Shown here one piece after another: positions 12,705-27,681 of a stretch of DNA of 64,000 bases. Source of the DNA: Longimicrobiales bacterium (lineage in GTDB: Bacteria; Gemmatimonadota; Gemmatimonadetes; Longimicrobiales; Gaopeijiaceae); the NCBI GenBank assembly GCA_965202985.1, contig CBDBCF010000001.1, positions 2,208,001 through 2,272,000 of the forward strand, read 5' to 3'. The translations under genes were made by a program, and so were the position numbers. The notes below the pieces were generated by a model that was not told the origin of the DNA, ran no database searches, and worked only from the letters and a program-made list of their open reading frames with translations. Positions within the stretch are counted from its first letter, which is position 1. Every line of letters begins with the position of its first letter.

Positions 12705-15700
12705 GGCGTGCTGCCCCGTGCGTCGCGCAACACTGCGAGTTCCTCCACATCCGCCTTCTCCCAGTTGCGCTTCGTCCAGTCCGCATAAGGAGAAGACGGC
12801 GGGCCCCGTCGGTGGGATCGCACGGCGCAGGCGGATCCGTAGTCGCAGAACTTGCAGTCGCTCGGGTTGTCCGTGGCCGGGAACCAGCCGTTCGCCAAGC
12901 CTTCCAGCAACCGGGCCACCAATGCGGCCCCGTGTTCCAAGTCGGCGGCGGCGTATCGCCGGGTCGTCGCTTCGCCCTTGCGTGTCGGGTAGTGGTATTC
13001 CATGCGTACGTGGTTTCTGTCTCGGTCGTACAACCGGGCCGCCACTTCGCTGTACAGGAAGTGCTGAAACCGGCGCCCCCCGTCGAAGACGTTCTTTTTC
13101 TTTTCCGTGTCCCAGAGCCGACCGGTCTTGTAGTCGACGACGCGGAGACCTCCATCCACGCCGTCCACGCGGTCGATGGCGCCTCGGACGCGAACCGCCG
13201 TACCGCCGATCTCCAGGGGCTCGTCTTCGAATTCGAACTTCTTTTCAACGTCGAGCCATTGGGGCGGATCGTTGCGGATCACCTGAACGAAGGAGCGCAC
13301 GTCCTCCAGGATGTCCTCTTCCTCCCATTCGCAAACCGTTTGGCTGGGCGACGGCGTGTTGAACAGTTCCCTTTTGCACGCTCGCTGGGCACACTCCAGC
13401 GCGAGCTCGAGAAAGGCCGGGTTGCCCGGGTCCACGTCGCGCTCGCGGGCACGCTCCAGAGTCTCCTGGTACACGCGATGCAGAAGCGCGCCGCGCTCCA
13501 ACGAACCCAGCCATCGGCCCGGGTCGAACTCCGGGTCGTCCGGAGGATAGGCTTCCAGCAAATGGCGAAAGAAGAACCGGCGGGGACATTCGCCCAAGTT
13601 GCCCAAGGAGCTCGCCGAAAACCGATGCACGCCGAATTCGGGCCCCGAAGACAAGAAGCTCGGGTCGAGGAACCCCGTCTGCACGCTGGCCTCCCCTCGG
13701 CGCAGCGCCCGATCCACTTCGATGCCTCGCCCGAGCCGGGGAAGCTCGCGGCCCACGGCGTCCAGGCCATTCCGCAAACGCCCGTCGTCTTCTGCAAGCG
13801 CCCGCAGCCAGACGTCGGAAGCATCCAGGTTCGCCCGAGTTCCAGACTTGGGAACTCTCGATTCGGCCTGACCCAAGAGCTCTTCGAGGTCGTCGAAGCC
13901 CCGCGAATCGTCGTCCCTTAGCAAGCGGTACGCGCAAAGCATCTCCGGCGCCGGCGGCAGAGCCCTGGCCGCTGCGGGGTCCCAGCGGCAGTAGCTCAAG
14001 GCGACATGGCCGCGAAGCCGGGCAAACAGCGCAGCGAACAGAAAGCGCTTCTCCGACGGCCGATCCCTTGCGCGCGACAGGGCTTCCTTGCCCACGCGCC
14101 AGCGTTCGTGGTCCAGCAGGAAGGGGTCTTCGACGACATGGCCGGGAAAGCGCCTGGCATCCATGCCCACCACGAAGGTGTGGGACCGTCCCGTCGCGCC
14201 GCCGTGGTCCAAGTCCGCCAGATGCAAGTGGCCGGGCGCTGCTCCCCAAGGCGCCTTCCCCTTCGCCCGGGGCGCCGACACGCGAAGCCTCAGAAAGCCC
14301 TGGACGATGTGACACGCCCAGGCGAAGTCGGTGGCGCGCGTTTGCGTGGCCTCGATGCGGGTCAGTCGCTCGGTCAATCTCTCGAGAGCCTGGTCGTCGG
14401 TGTCCGTACCCCTTGCGACCCGGCTCAAGAGAGAGAGCACGCCCGTCGCAACCTGGGCCGGTGTCGTCTTGGTCTCGGGGCCGTCCGCCGGCGTCGCCTT
14501 CAACACCGGCCCCAGCAACGCCCGCAGAGCTCTCAGTTCCTCCCGCGCCCCGTCCTTCCGCCGCTCGAACGACTCGTCGCATTCGTGTGGGCGCTGACGC
14601 AGCTTGTCCACGTCGTCCAGTCGGCGCCGCACCTTGTCCATGTACCGGTCGCGCCCCCACCCGATCCGCAAGCTCCGCAACGCCCGGGCAAGGCGCGGTC
14701 CGCGCACGCGCCGGTGTGGTTTTGGGGGCGCCAAGTCCCCCGCTTCCAGCAGCGCCCGCAGGGCCGGCTCCTGAAAGCCCCCTTGGACCCAGCGGAAGTA
14801 GGCCGAAACCACTCGGCCCGGCCTCGTCCGCTCCACCGGCAGCCCGACGGCGAAGGTCGCGGGAATCCCCAGCGACTCGGTCAGCGCGTGAAGCGCCGAA
14901 CCGTAGGTGTCGGGGTCGGGCGTGACGATCTCCACTTGGTCCCATCGGGCGCCCCGCGCAAGCACGCGTCGCAGCACGCCCCGCAGCTCGTCGTAGACCG
15001 ATGCGGCCGAAAAGAGTTCGATGTCAGTGCGCGACAACCCGTCCGCACTCCCGGAATCGGCCGACCGCGCGTGCAGACTGCTGCTGGCAGACTGGGCAGG
15101 CGCTGCGTCCCAGATCAGATGGCCGGGCAAGGGCAGCCCCTCCACGGGGTCGGTCCTAAGCAGCGTTGCGCCCCGCCGCCGGAGGGCTTTCACGAACCGG
15201 CCCGCGAGCCCGCGCTCGGAAAGGCCGGGCACAAGAAAGAAAACGCGATCGTCGACGCCCGGGTCGGCCCGCAACGCGCCCGGGGCGCTGTCCAACGCCT
15301 CCAGGGCCCACTTCAGAATGCGCGCCTCGTCCATCCACTTGTCGTTGCGAAGAAAGGCCTCGTAGTGCGCCAGCACGCGCTTCAAGAACACGCGCTTCTC
15401 CATGTCGTCCATGGCGGCTCGGCCAAGGTCGGCGGCGGTCACGCCTCCCTCGCGAAGCGTCGCGACCGACTTCCGCACCGCGTCTCTGAAGCCCACCTTG
15501 TCCACCAGCTTGGCGAACCGCTCTCCACCCTGCGCCACCGCCTCGTCGATCGCCTCTTCGACGGCCGCTTGCTGGACGAAGAAGTCCGCTACCGCGACGC
15601 CCTCGTTCAGAATGCGCGGCAGTGCGTACTCCAACGCCAAGGGCCCAACCGTGACGACCTCGAACCCCGCCCACGACCGCCCCCGAAGCGCGACTTGGCG

Positions 15701-15907
15701 AAGGTACTCCCGCCCTTCTCCCTTGGTGCGCGCGACCAGGACCTTGCGACGCCGGTCCTCGGGCGCGGCAAGCCGCGCCAGCTCCTGCACCAGCACGCAG
15801 GCGTCGGCCAACTCGGGGCGCCCGTGCCCATTGTCGCCGCGGTCGCGGTCGGGCGCGTCGAAGTCCAGTAGAAGCTGGGTCACGGTGGGCAAGCGGCGGT
15901 TCGGCAC
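12701..15907 (-). CDS. addB: AddB-like nuclease subunit (PD-(D/E)XK with Fe-S cysteines)
   Basis: FSASSL..ECPRRFF, GAIDRVD..VVDYKTG, CKFCDYGSAC; overlaps the addA-like start. Confidence 0.78.
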   Translation of the reverse strand: MPNRRLPTVTQLLLDFDAPDRDRGDNGHGRPELADACVLVQELARLAAPEDRRRKVLVARTKGEGREYLRQVALRGRSWAGFEVVTVGPLALEYALPRILNEGVAVADFFVQQAAVEEAIDEAVAQGGERFAKLVDKVGFRDAVRKSVATLREGGVTAADLGRAAMDDMEKRVFLKRVLAHYEAFLRNDKWMDEARILKWALEALDSAPGALRADPGVDDRVFFLVPGLSERGLAGRFVKALRRRGATLLRTDPVEGLPLPGHLIWDAAPAQSASSSLHARSADSGSADGLSRTDIELFSAASVYDELRGVLRRVLARGARWDQVEIVTPDPDTYGSALHALTESLGIPATFAVGLPVERTRPGRVVSAYFRWVQGGFQEPALRALLEAGDLAPPKPHRRVRGPRLARALRSLRIGWGRDRYMDKVRRRLDDVDKLRQRPHECDESFERRKDGAREELRALRALLGPVLKATPADGPETKTTPAQVATGVLSLLSRVARGTDTDDQALERLTERLTRIEATQTRATDFAWACHIVQGFLRLRVSAPRAKGKAPWGAAPGHLHLADLDHGGATGRSHTFVVGMDARRFPGHVVEDPFLLDHERWRVGKEALSRARDRPSEKRFLFAALFARLRGHVALSYCRWDPAAARALPPAPEMLCAYRLLRDDDSRGFDDLEELLGQAESRVPKSGTRANLDASDVWLRALAEDDGRLRNGLDAVGRELPRLGRGIEVDRALRRGEASVQTGFLDPSFLSSGPEFGVHRFSASSLGNLGECPRRFFFRHLLEAYPPDDPEFDPGRWLGSLERGALLHRVYQETLERARERDVDPGNPAFLELALECAQRACKRELFNTPSPSQTVCEWEEEDILEDVRSFVQVIRNDPPQWLDVEKKFEFEDEPLEIGGTAVRVRGAIDRVDGVDGGLRVVDYKTGRLWDTEKKKNVFDGGRRFQHFLYSEVAARLYDRDRNHVRMEYHYPTRKGEATTRRYAAADLEHGAALVARLLEGLANGWFPATDNPSDCKFCDYGSACAVRSHRRGPPSSPYADWTKRNWEKADVEELAVLRDARGSTP

Positions 15908-15985
15908 GCACGCGACGGCAAGGGCCGGCCGACCGAGACGATTCCGCCGCCCCGCCGACCGGCCCTCAAAGGCCGCGCTAGAACG

Positions 15986-17458
15986 CTACCTGAACGGAGA
16001 CGCGTTGTTCTCGACCAGCACGCGGTTCATGTCCACCCCGATCGTGACGTGCATCTCGACCAGCTGGGCGTCGAGGTCGTCGCTGTCGTAAAGCTCCAGA
16101 GGAGAGTACACGTCCATGGCGTAGAGGGGGTTCAGGGGTATCCAAGAAGGCATCGCCACTTCCGTGCCCGGATCGCCAGGGTCGATCTCCGGGTTCTGGT
16201 CGATCTCGCGCAACATCATCGGAAGCTTGATCCCCAGGTCCGCCAGCCTGCGTCCCTCCAGGAACATGATCTCCTGCCGCGCCAGCCAAAGCGCGTGCCA
16301 AAGGTCCGGGGCGTCGGACAGCTCGGCCACGCTGTCGGCGTTCAGCGAAGTCGCCGACACGGCCGGAATCATAAGCCCTTCCGCAGGCCGATCCAGGACC
16401 AGCCCCGCGCGGTACGGGCTGTCGGCGTCCGAGCGGACAAGGATCTCGGAGTTTCGGGGCCGCAGGCTCAGGTCGCCGTTGCGGCGCTCGTCGCCGTCGT
16501 CGAACTTCACCGAATCGCGAGTTCCAGCCAAGTTGATCGCGTCCACCAAGTGCGCTCGCCCCGCCTCCAAATTCCCCTCGGCCAAATCCACTTCCGCCAA
16601 GATCAAGTGCATCTCCTCGGCTTTGGCCACGGGAATGGCCGTCGCGCGTTCCGTGTACTTCGGGTCCAGGAAGTCGAGCCGTGGAAGCGGTTGCATCTCT
16701 TGAAGAGCGCGAAACACCAGGAACGCTACGGGCGTGTTTTGGATCGTTTGGGCGTCGTACGCTTGGGCCTGCAGGAAGTTGGGGTCCAGGTCGAGCACCT
16801 GTTGAGCCGCCGTCGCGGCCGCCTGCGTGTTGCCCAGCAACCTGTGCGCGCGAGCCTCCCCTGCGCTCGACGCGGCAATGCTGAAGCGCTTCGCCTGCGA
16901 CAGCTGTTGGATCGCCAACTCCAAGGCTGCGGATGCCGGCTGGGCGGGCCCGTCTTCCATGTGAGGGGCGTAGGAGAAGACTTCGCCCATCGTCAGATAG
17001 GCCATCCCCCGGTAGTAGTTGGCTTCGTCCACGAGCGCCGCCGGCGGATTCGGGTCGGTGGGCACGATGTCGTTGAGAACGAAGTCGGACAGCGCCCTCA
17101 GGGACTGGACGCTCCAGTAGACGCCGGACGCTGCAGTTCCGGTTCCGTTGACCAAGTCGGGCGTCACCGCGCTCGGATCGTCCATGTCCTGGTTGATGCC
17201 GGTGCCGTGGATGGAGTAGTTGTCGCTCACCACCTCCGCAGCGGAGACGTAGGCGTTGATCATCCGCGCGAACTGCGCGCGCAGTCCCGGCAGCAACGCC
17301 GCGGTGGGGTCGCTGGCGTTGGCCAAGTCGCTGTCCGTGGTGGTCGGGTTGTTGATCTGCGTGGGATCGATGGCGTCGCAGGCGGACAACGCCCCCATGA
17401 CGGCCAGAGCGGTCGCGGCCAGCCTGTGGCGCGCGCGAGCGTTGATCCGAGTCTTCAT
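15986..17458 (-). CDS. SusD/RagB-like outer-membrane lipoprotein
   Basis: Lipobox LSAC, KAEEMHLILAE, EIMFLEGRRLAD; directly downstream of the SusC-like gene; RBS AGGAG. Confidence 0.8.
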   Translation of the reverse strand: MKTRINARARHRLAATALAVMGALSACDAIDPTQINNPTTTDSDLANASDPTAALLPGLRAQFARMINAYVSAAEVVSDNYSIHGTGINQDMDDPSAVTPDLVNGTGTAASGVYWSVQSLRALSDFVLNDIVPTDPNPPAALVDEANYYRGMAYLTMGEVFSYAPHMEDGPAQPASAALELAIQQLSQAKRFSIAASSAGEARAHRLLGNTQAAATAAQQVLDLDPNFLQAQAYDAQTIQNTPVAFLVFRALQEMQPLPRLDFLDPKYTERATAIPVAKAEEMHLILAEVDLAEGNLEAGRAHLVDAINLAGTRDSVKFDDGDERRNGDLSLRPRNSEILVRSDADSPYRAGLVLDRPAEGLMIPAVSATSLNADSVAELSDAPDLWHALWLARQEIMFLEGRRLADLGIKLPMMLREIDQNPEIDPGDPGTEVAMPSWIPLNPLYAMDVYSPLELYDSDDLDAQLVEMHVTIGVDMNRVLVENNASPFR

Positions 17459-17484
17459 CGTATTCCGTCTCCTTGCCGGCCGCA

Positions 17485-20400
17485 TTAGAACACGACCTCC
17501 ATGCCGAGCCGGAAGATCCGGTTCGGCGGCAACGTGATGCTGGTTTCCCCGCCCAAGTCCAGGCCGCCGCCGGCGATGCCGTTGAGCTCGCCGTCCACCA
17601 TGACGTTTCTGGACCAGATCCACAGGTTGCGGCCAGTGGCGTACACCGTGGCGCGACGGGCCTTGATCGTGCTCGACACGTCTTCGGGCAGCACGTAGCG
17701 TACCGCCACCTCGCGGAGCTTGAAGTAGTCGCCGTCGTACAAGAATGCGCTTCGCGCCGCGTTCTGACTGTACCTGCCTCGCGGCGTGGCGCCGTTGTTG
17801 GCAGTCTGGTACCGGACCGGGAAGGCGTACTCGCACTCGTCGAGCGCCCCTTCTTCCGTGCCGCACCGGACCGATTCGCGCCGGTAGATGCCGTTGAAGG
17901 TGGACCACACGGACCCCCAGTCGAAGACCTGGTGACCGCCGGCCCAGTCGGCCAAGGCGCTGATCGTAAGGTTGTCGCCCACGGAAACGGTCGTGTTGAC
18001 GCCGCCGCTCTTGTTGGGCACGGGGATGCCGCCCGTGAACTCGCGGCTGGAGGCGTCGGGAAGCCCGTCTCCGTCGGTGTCGCTGGGCGTGGTCACCCAC
18101 CACGCACCCACGGGCATGCCTTCGGTCACGCGCTTTTGGCTCCCGTCCACGGAGAACGGGGCCACGCCGCCCATGTCGGTGACTTCGTTGTAGTTGTACT
18201 GGAAGTTTCCGCCGACCGACCAAGCCAGGTCGCGCCGGTTCAGCACAAGAAGGTTGACGGCGGCTTCGATGCCCCAGTTCCAGATCTCTCCGACGTTCTC
18301 TTGTTGCGTGCCCTGGCCGGTGACCGGCTGGCGGGGCACCTGGAAGAGGGCGTCGGTGGTGCGGGCGTCGTACCACGTGAAGTTCATGCCCAGACGATTG
18401 CTGAACAGAGCGGCGTCGAAGCCCGCTTCGATCGTGGACGTCTTCTCCGGGCCGAGTCCGTCGTTGCCCGGGTTCGCGAACCCTGCGGCCGCCTCGTTCC
18501 GGAACGGAATCGCAAAGAACGTGCGGTCCTTGAGGAAGGCGCCCGGGAAGCTGCCCGTCTGGCCGTACGCAGCCCGGAGCTTGAACTCGTCCATGAACCC
18601 GAACCGAAGATCCTCGGAGAGCACGTAGGATGCGGTGGCCTTGGGGAAGAACTCTGTGTCGATGGCGTCGCCGAAGCTGGAGCCCGCGTCGATTCGGAAG
18701 CCGGCGCCGACGTAGATCTTGTCCCAAAGGCCGACCTGCTCGTCAAAGTAGATCCCGCCGTTGAACACCTCCACGTTTCCTTCGACGGCGTCTCTGGTGG
18801 CGGCCGCGTCGAAGTCGAAGGTCCCCGGCAGGGCGAAGGTGCGGCCGAAGGCGGAGATAATCGTCTCGTCTTCCCGGAAGCCCTGCACGCCGATCGACGT
18901 GGACAGCTCCAAGGCGTCGCCGGGGCTGGCCCATCTATGGGTTGTTCCGGCCTCCAGCGACACGGAGGTGAAGTCACGGTCCCAACGATTGAGCTGTCCG
19001 GTCGCCTCTCCGGGCGTGAAGCCGATCGGTTGGTACCGCCGTTGCTGATTGCTGCGGTTGTCGGCTCCAACGGTGAGTCGAGCGTTCAAGTCGTCGCGGA
19101 TGTCCCAGCGCGCGCCTGCGGAAAAGATGAACCGATTCACGTACTCGGTGATGTCGGGCATGAGGAAGATGTCCAGCGCCTCTTCCAGCGTCTCCGCCCT
19201 GGAAAAGAACAAGGCGTCGGCCACCTCGAAGGTGGTGAGCGGATCGGCGATGGCGGTCCCGTTGTAGAGCCGGTCGAAGTTGTGGCGAACGTAGCTGCCC
19301 GAGAACTCCAGGCTGAAGTCGTCGTTGAGCGACGCCTGCATGCCGCCCCGAAGGCTGTAGTTCGTGCTGCCGTCCTTGGGTTGCGTTCCCGTTCGCGTTT
19401 CCAGCCGGCCGCTGATGTTGTAGGTCACGTCGGCCGTTCCGCCGGTAACGCCGGCGTAGTAGTTCTGCGTGGTGCCCCGCTGGAAGTAGTTGTCCTCCAT
19501 GAAGGTGCCGGTCACCTCGCCCGACGCGACCTCGTCGGGGAAGGTCAAGCGCGTGTCGAAGATGTACTTGAGCTCGGGCAACTCGATGCCCTGCTCCACC
19601 CGGCCGGTGATCCGGGGAGCGCCGGGCGTGCCCTTCTTGGTGAAGATCTGGATGACGCCGGTGGCCGCGTCGGAACCGAACAGCGTCGACGCGGCGCCGC
19701 CTTTCGTGACCTCGATCTTCTCGATGTCCGCGGTCAGCAGGTCCGACAGCGCGGACGACTGCTCGCCGCCCGTGCCGCCGGCGGTGGACTGGTCGTTGTC
19801 CACGCGGACGCCGTCCACGTAGATGACGGGCGTCTGCGAGTTGAAGACCGACGAGATCCCGCGGAAGTTGATGAGGGAGCCGGTGCCCGGCTGGGCGGAG
19901 GTGGCGCTGACGGTGGCCCCCGGAACTCGGCCCTGAAGCAGCTGGTCCACCGACTGGACCGGCGCCAGGGCGATCTCTTCGGCGGCGATGACCTCCACCG
20001 AAGCGCCCAGCGCGCGCCGGGTCGTTTCGGCGCCTACCCCCGTCACGACGATTTCGTCCAGCGAGATCGCCGTGGAAGACAGCTCGACGTCGACCGTCAC
20101 CGTCTGTCCGGCCCCCACCGAGATGGTCTGCTGCGATTCCTCGTAGCCGATGAGCGCGACCCGCAGCACGCGCTCGCCTGCGGGGACGCCCAGCAGCACG
20201 AACCGTCCCGAGACGGCGGCCAGCTGGCCGATCCCGGTTCCTTCGATGCTGATCTGGGCGTCCGACAGCGGTCGCCGCGACTTGGCGTCCACCACTTGGC
20301 CCTGGACGACTCCCGTCTGGGCCAGGCTCGGAGCCGCGCCGCCCGCCAACGCGAAGAGCGCGACGAGCAGTGCGGTCAAGTTCTTACACGGTTTCTTCAT
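17485..20400 (-). CDS. SusC/RagA-like TonB-dependent receptor
   Basis: Signal peptide, carboxypeptidase-regulatory-like N-domain, LDEIVVTG, plug PVIYVDGVR / IEKIEVTKGGAASTLFG, C-terminal Phe. Confidence 0.92.
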   Translation of the reverse strand: MKKPCKNLTALLVALFALAGGAAPSLAQTGVVQGQVVDAKSRRPLSDAQISIEGTGIGQLAAVSGRFVLLGVPAGERVLRVALIGYEESQQTISVGAGQTVTVDVELSSTAISLDEIVVTGVGAETTRRALGASVEVIAAEEIALAPVQSVDQLLQGRVPGATVSATSAQPGTGSLINFRGISSVFNSQTPVIYVDGVRVDNDQSTAGGTGGEQSSALSDLLTADIEKIEVTKGGAASTLFGSDAATGVIQIFTKKGTPGAPRITGRVEQGIELPELKYIFDTRLTFPDEVASGEVTGTFMEDNYFQRGTTQNYYAGVTGGTADVTYNISGRLETRTGTQPKDGSTNYSLRGGMQASLNDDFSLEFSGSYVRHNFDRLYNGTAIADPLTTFEVADALFFSRAETLEEALDIFLMPDITEYVNRFIFSAGARWDIRDDLNARLTVGADNRSNQQRRYQPIGFTPGEATGQLNRWDRDFTSVSLEAGTTHRWASPGDALELSTSIGVQGFREDETIISAFGRTFALPGTFDFDAAATRDAVEGNVEVFNGGIYFDEQVGLWDKIYVGAGFRIDAGSSFGDAIDTEFFPKATASYVLSEDLRFGFMDEFKLRAAYGQTGSFPGAFLKDRTFFAIPFRNEAAAGFANPGNDGLGPEKTSTIEAGFDAALFSNRLGMNFTWYDARTTDALFQVPRQPVTGQGTQQENVGEIWNWGIEAAVNLLVLNRRDLAWSVGGNFQYNYNEVTDMGGVAPFSVDGSQKRVTEGMPVGAWWVTTPSDTDGDGLPDASSREFTGGIPVPNKSGGVNTTVSVGDNLTISALADWAGGHQVFDWGSVWSTFNGIYRRESVRCGTEEGALDECEYAFPVRYQTANNGATPRGRYSQNAARSAFLYDGDYFKLREVAVRYVLPEDVSSTIKARRATVYATGRNLWIWSRNVMVDGELNGIAGGGLDLGGETSITLPPNRIFRLGMEVVF

Positions 20401-20422
20401 GAATTCTCCTTGTTGTTGGTGC

Positions 20423-24134
<3,712 letters not shown>

Positions 24135-24138
<4 letters not shown>

Positions 24139-25334
24139 GCTTCCACCACGCCGTTCCGGATGCGCCATCGCGCCAGGGACATGCTGCGCAGCCGCACGTC
24201 CGAATCCTTGGGCGCCGTGAGGATCACTTGGCCGGGCGCTTCCGCCTCCATGAGGGCCAGCACGCGGTCCGACCGGCCCGGGTCCAGCTCGGCAAAGGCG
24301 TCGTCCAGGAGCAGCAAGGGCTCGGTCTTGCGCTGCCGGCGGATGGTGGCGGCTTCGGCCAAGCGCAGCGCCAGAGCCAAGGTGCGTCGCTGGCCGCCGG
24401 AGCCGAAGGCGCGGGCCGGGACCCGCCGACCGCCCGACTCCAACATGAACACGAGGTCGTCGCGGTGGGGGCCCGTGCACGTGGTCCGCCGCGCCAAGTC
24501 GGTTTCCCAGCCTTGCTCCAGGCGCTTCCGGAAGCACCGTCGCACGGCCTCGGCGGCGGACGAGGCGTCGCTCGGGTCGTCCGGGTCCTCGCTCGCGGCG
24601 CCGGCGGCTGCGTCCCCCAAGTTCGGCTTGTACGCCATAGCCCCCGCGCATCCGCCGGGGGCGTCCGAACGACGCCTGCCCGAGATCGCCTCGCAGTAGG
24701 CCGCGAACGGCCCCGCCCAGCGCGACACCCACTCCCGGCGCATGCACACGACCTGCGCGCCCCGGTCCACCAAGAGGTCGTCCCACGCCCGGACGGCTTC
24801 TCGGGCCGCGCCCGCCTTGAGCGCCGCGTTCCGTTGCGCCAAAGCCTTCCGGTAGCCTTGGAGCGCCTCCACGTAGCCCGTCCGGTTCAGCGACAGCAGC
24901 ACGTTCAGGAAGCGACGTCGGCCGTCCGGCCCGCCGGACACCAGCTCCGCGTCCGCGGGCGAGAAGACGACCGCCCCCAATCGTCCCAGGGCCGCCCAAA
25001 GACGCGGCGCCTCGTTGCCGTCCACCGTCACCTTCTTCTTCTTCCTCCTGCGATCGAATCCAGCGGAAACGGTGGCCGGCCGGCTTCCGACGACCGAGCC
25101 CTTCAAGTGGAACACGTCCTCCGAGAACGCCGTCATCTCCGCGTCGCCGGCGCCGCGGAACGAGCGGAAGCTCTCCAGGTAGTAGATCGCTTCCAGCAGG
25201 TTGGACTTGCCCTGCCCGTTGTCGCCGACCACGGCCACGCCTTCGGGCGGAAAGCGCAGCGTCTGGGCGCCCAGGTTCCGGAAGTGGCGGAGTTCCAAGT
25301 CGGTCAGGACCACGGACGGAGCCGAGACGACCAC
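24135..25334 (-). CDS. recF: DNA replication and repair protein RecF
   Basis: FRNL, GDNGQGKSNLLEAI, GPHRDDL, SGGQRR, LLLDDAFAELD. Confidence 0.93.
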
Positions 25335-25394
25335 CGACGAAGCCGGGCGCGAAGGACGCCGTTCATGCCTTTCAATATAGCGGATTCTCCCGGC

Positions 25395-26180
25395 CTACCG
25401 GCCCTCGAAGGCCGCCCGTCGCTTCTCCAGGAAGGCGGCCATGCCCTCCTTCATGTCGCCCGTGGAGGCGAGCAGGCCGAACAGCGAAGACTCCAGCGAC
25501 AGAGCGTGTTCCATGGTGTTCTCGGCGGCGGCGACCATGGATTTGAGGACCATTTCAAGCGCCACGGGGCCGTTCCGCGCGATCCGCTTCACCAAGCCGC
25601 GCGCGCGCTCCGGCAGCTCGCCGTCGGGGACCACCAGGTTGGCCAAGCCGATCTCCGCCGCCCGCCGGGCGTCCACGGGGTCGCCGGTCAGGACCATCTC
25701 CATGGCCCGACCCAGCCCCACCAGCCGCGCCAAGCGCACGGTGCCCCCGTAGCCCGGGATGATGCCCAGCCCCACTTCGGGAAGGCCGAACTTGGCCCGC
25801 TCGCCGGCCACGCGCAGGTGACAGGCCAGTGCCAGCTCGCACCCGCCTCCCAGGGCGTATCCGTTGACGGCCGCCACCACCGGCTTTGGGAACGTCTCGA
25901 TGCTGCGGAATATCTCCTGGCCCTCGCGGCTGACCTCGGCGCCCGACAGGGGGTCCATCTGGGCCAGCACGCCGATGTCGGCCCCGGCGACGAAGGCGCG
26001 GTCTCCCGCCCCGGTAAGAACGACTCCCCGCACGGCCTCGTCCTCTCGGAGGCGGTCGAAGGCCGCTCCGATCTCTCGCACCACTTGGCGGTTCAGGGCG
26101 TTCAGCTTCTTCTGGCGGTCGATCGTCACGGTGGCGACGGCGCCGGCGATCTCGGTGCGGACGTGCTGCGATGGCGTCAT
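25395..26180 (-). CDS. Enoyl-CoA hydratase (crotonase family)
   Basis: KKLNAL, AFVAGADI, NGYALGGGCELALACH, FGLPEVGLGIIPGYGGT. Confidence 0.9.
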   Translation of the reverse strand: MTPSQHVRTEIAGAVATVTIDRQKKLNALNRQVVREIGAAFDRLREDEAVRGVVLTGAGDRAFVAGADIGVLAQMDPLSGAEVSREGQEIFRSIETFPKPVVAAVNGYALGGGCELALACHLRVAGERAKFGLPEVGLGIIPGYGGTVRLARLVGLGRAMEMVLTGDPVDARRAAEIGLANLVVPDGELPERARGLVKRIARNGPVALEMVLKSMVAAAENTMEHALSLESSLFGLLASTGDMKEGMAAFLEKRRAAFEGR

Positions 26181-26388
26181 GGGCGGCGGAACCTTGGCAA
26201 GGAAGCGGGGAAGGGGCGGGCGCAGAGCGGGGAAGCTAGAATCGGACCGCGGCGCAGGCCAGCCCTTCGGACGGCGGCGCAGGCCCAAGCCTTCCGGCAG
26301 GCGCCATGGCGCGCCCGATGCGATCGTCTTATCTTGCTCGACCTTCGCGAAAACGTGAACCCCACGAACCACAGGGCGCGCACCCGGC

Positions 26389-26847
26389 ATGGCTCGTTCT
26401 CTCAACAAGGCGATGTTGATCGGCAACGTCGGCGGCGATCCGGACATCCGGACGACCGCCTCGGGCAGCCGCGTCGCCAAGCTTTCCTTGGCCACCAGTC
26501 GCAGCTTCCCCGACCGTTCGGGGCAGCAGCAGGAGCGCACCGAGTGGCACCGCCTGACGATCTTCGGCCGATTGGTTGACGTGGTCGAGCAGTGGGTCGG
26601 GAAGGGCGACCGGCTCTACGTGGAGGGCCGCATCGAGTACTCGCAGAGCACCGACCCCCAAGGCGCGGTCCGCTACTGGACCGACGTCATCGTGGACCAG
26701 CTGATCATGCTGGGCGGCTCGGGCGGCCGCGGCGGCGGTCCCGTGGGCGACGATCCGGCGCATCCGCCGGGCGGCGGGCAGTCTCGTCAAGGCGGCCAGG
26801 GCTCGGCCCCGCCGATCGCCGAACCCGACGACGACCTGCCCTTCTGA
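26389..26847 (+). CDS. ssb: Single-stranded DNA-binding protein
   Basis: [25 protein letters not shown], acidic tail DDDLPF. Confidence 0.95.
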   Translation: MARSLNKAMLIGNVGGDPDIRTTASGSRVAKLSLATSRSFPDRSGQQQERTEWHRLTIFGRLVDVVEQWVGKGDRLYVEGRIEYSQSTDPQGAVRYWTDVIVDQLIMLGGSGGRGGGPVGDDPAHPPGGGQSRQGGQGSAPPIAEPDDDLPF

Positions 26848-27062
26848 TGGCCAACGACGCGATCGAGATGGAAGGCACGATCACCGAGGTGCTTCCGAAC
26901 GCGAACTTTCGGGTCAAGCTCGAAAACGGACACGAAATCCTGGCCTACTTGTCGGGCAAGATGCGGAAGTTCTACATCCGCGTGCTGGCAGGAGATCGGG
27001 TGAAGGTGGAGATGTCTCCCTACGACTTGACCCGCGGGCGGGTCACGTATCGGTACAAGTAG
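26847..27062 (+). CDS. infA: Translation initiation factor IF-1
   Basis: [54 protein letters not shown] overlap with ssb. Confidence 0.97.
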   Translation: MANDAIEMEGTITEVLPNANFRVKLENGHEILAYLSGKMRKFYIRVLAGDRVKVEMSPYDLTRGRVTYRYK

Positions 27063-27372
27063 AACCCCGGGAGCCGCGCTCCTTCCACAGCCCCATCAAG
27101 TGCGGGTCGAACTTGCCCGGGTCCTTCTCGTACTCTTCCGCCCACGCTTGGAAGTCCGGCAGGTCCAGGCGTTCTCGAACCTTGCCGGTGGCCAGCCGAA
27201 CGGCTTCGTCGAAAGACGCCGGCGCGACGCGGTTCGTCGCCCGAGCCTCGGCTTCCGCCAAGCTGTAAACCTCGTCGGGCGACAGCTTGAGCACGAATTC
27301 CGCAATCTGATGCGAGCAGTAGTCGTCGTACTTTGCGCGAAGCACGCGATCGCCGCCGTTCCGTTCCGCCAT
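27043..27372 (-). CDS. Hypothetical protein
   Basis: Plausible globular 109-aa ORF with RBS GAAGG and an upstream promoter-like motif; overlaps the infA 3' end by 20 nt. Confidence 0.65.
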   Translation of the reverse strand: MAERNGGDRVLRAKYDDYCSHQIAEFVLKLSPDEVYSLAEAEARATNRVAPASFDEAVRLATGKVRERLDLPDFQAWAEEYEKDPGKFDPHLMGLWKERGSRGSTCTDT

Positions 27373-27411
27373 CTAATACCTTCTTCGATTGGCCGATGGG
27401 AGTGAACAACA

Positions 27412-27440
27412 AAGATCGGCCCGCTATGACGGCAAGTCAA
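27412..27440 (-). promoter_or_regulatory. Sigma70-like promoter
   Basis: TTGACT-N17-GATCTT on the minus strand, about 40 nt upstream of the ATG at 27372. Confidence 0.45.
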
Positions 27441-27462
27441 TAGACGCCGCCGCATCGGCGTG

Positions 27463-27681
27463 CTACTGGATGAACTGCGACTCCGCAGGCGACGGTTGCG
27501 GGGGCGTGGCGCCGTTGATCGAGCCTCCGTCCCGGAGCCCGCGATAGGCGGAGCGCCGAACGAGGCCGTACAGGACCAACTTGCTGAAGAACTCCGGATC
27601 CGAGTGCTGAACGGTCTCCACTTGCTTGGCTGCTTCGTCCGGGACGCGGACTTCGAGACGGACGGATCGGGTGTTCGGCAT
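27463..27681 (-). CDS. Small hypothetical protein, possibly ribbon-helix-helix-like
   Basis: MPNTRSVRLEVRVPDEAAKQVE..FFSKLVLYGL; RBS AAGGAG upstream. Confidence 0.55.
   Translation of the reverse strand: MPNTRSVRLEVRVPDEAAKQVETVQHSDPEFFSKLVLYGLVRRSAYRGLRDGGSINGATPPQPSPAESQFIQ

Noticed and set aside
9198..15907. Helicase-nuclease pair as a novel defence system or Cas4-like module
   Set aside because: Size, order and motifs fit an ordinary AddAB-type repair complex
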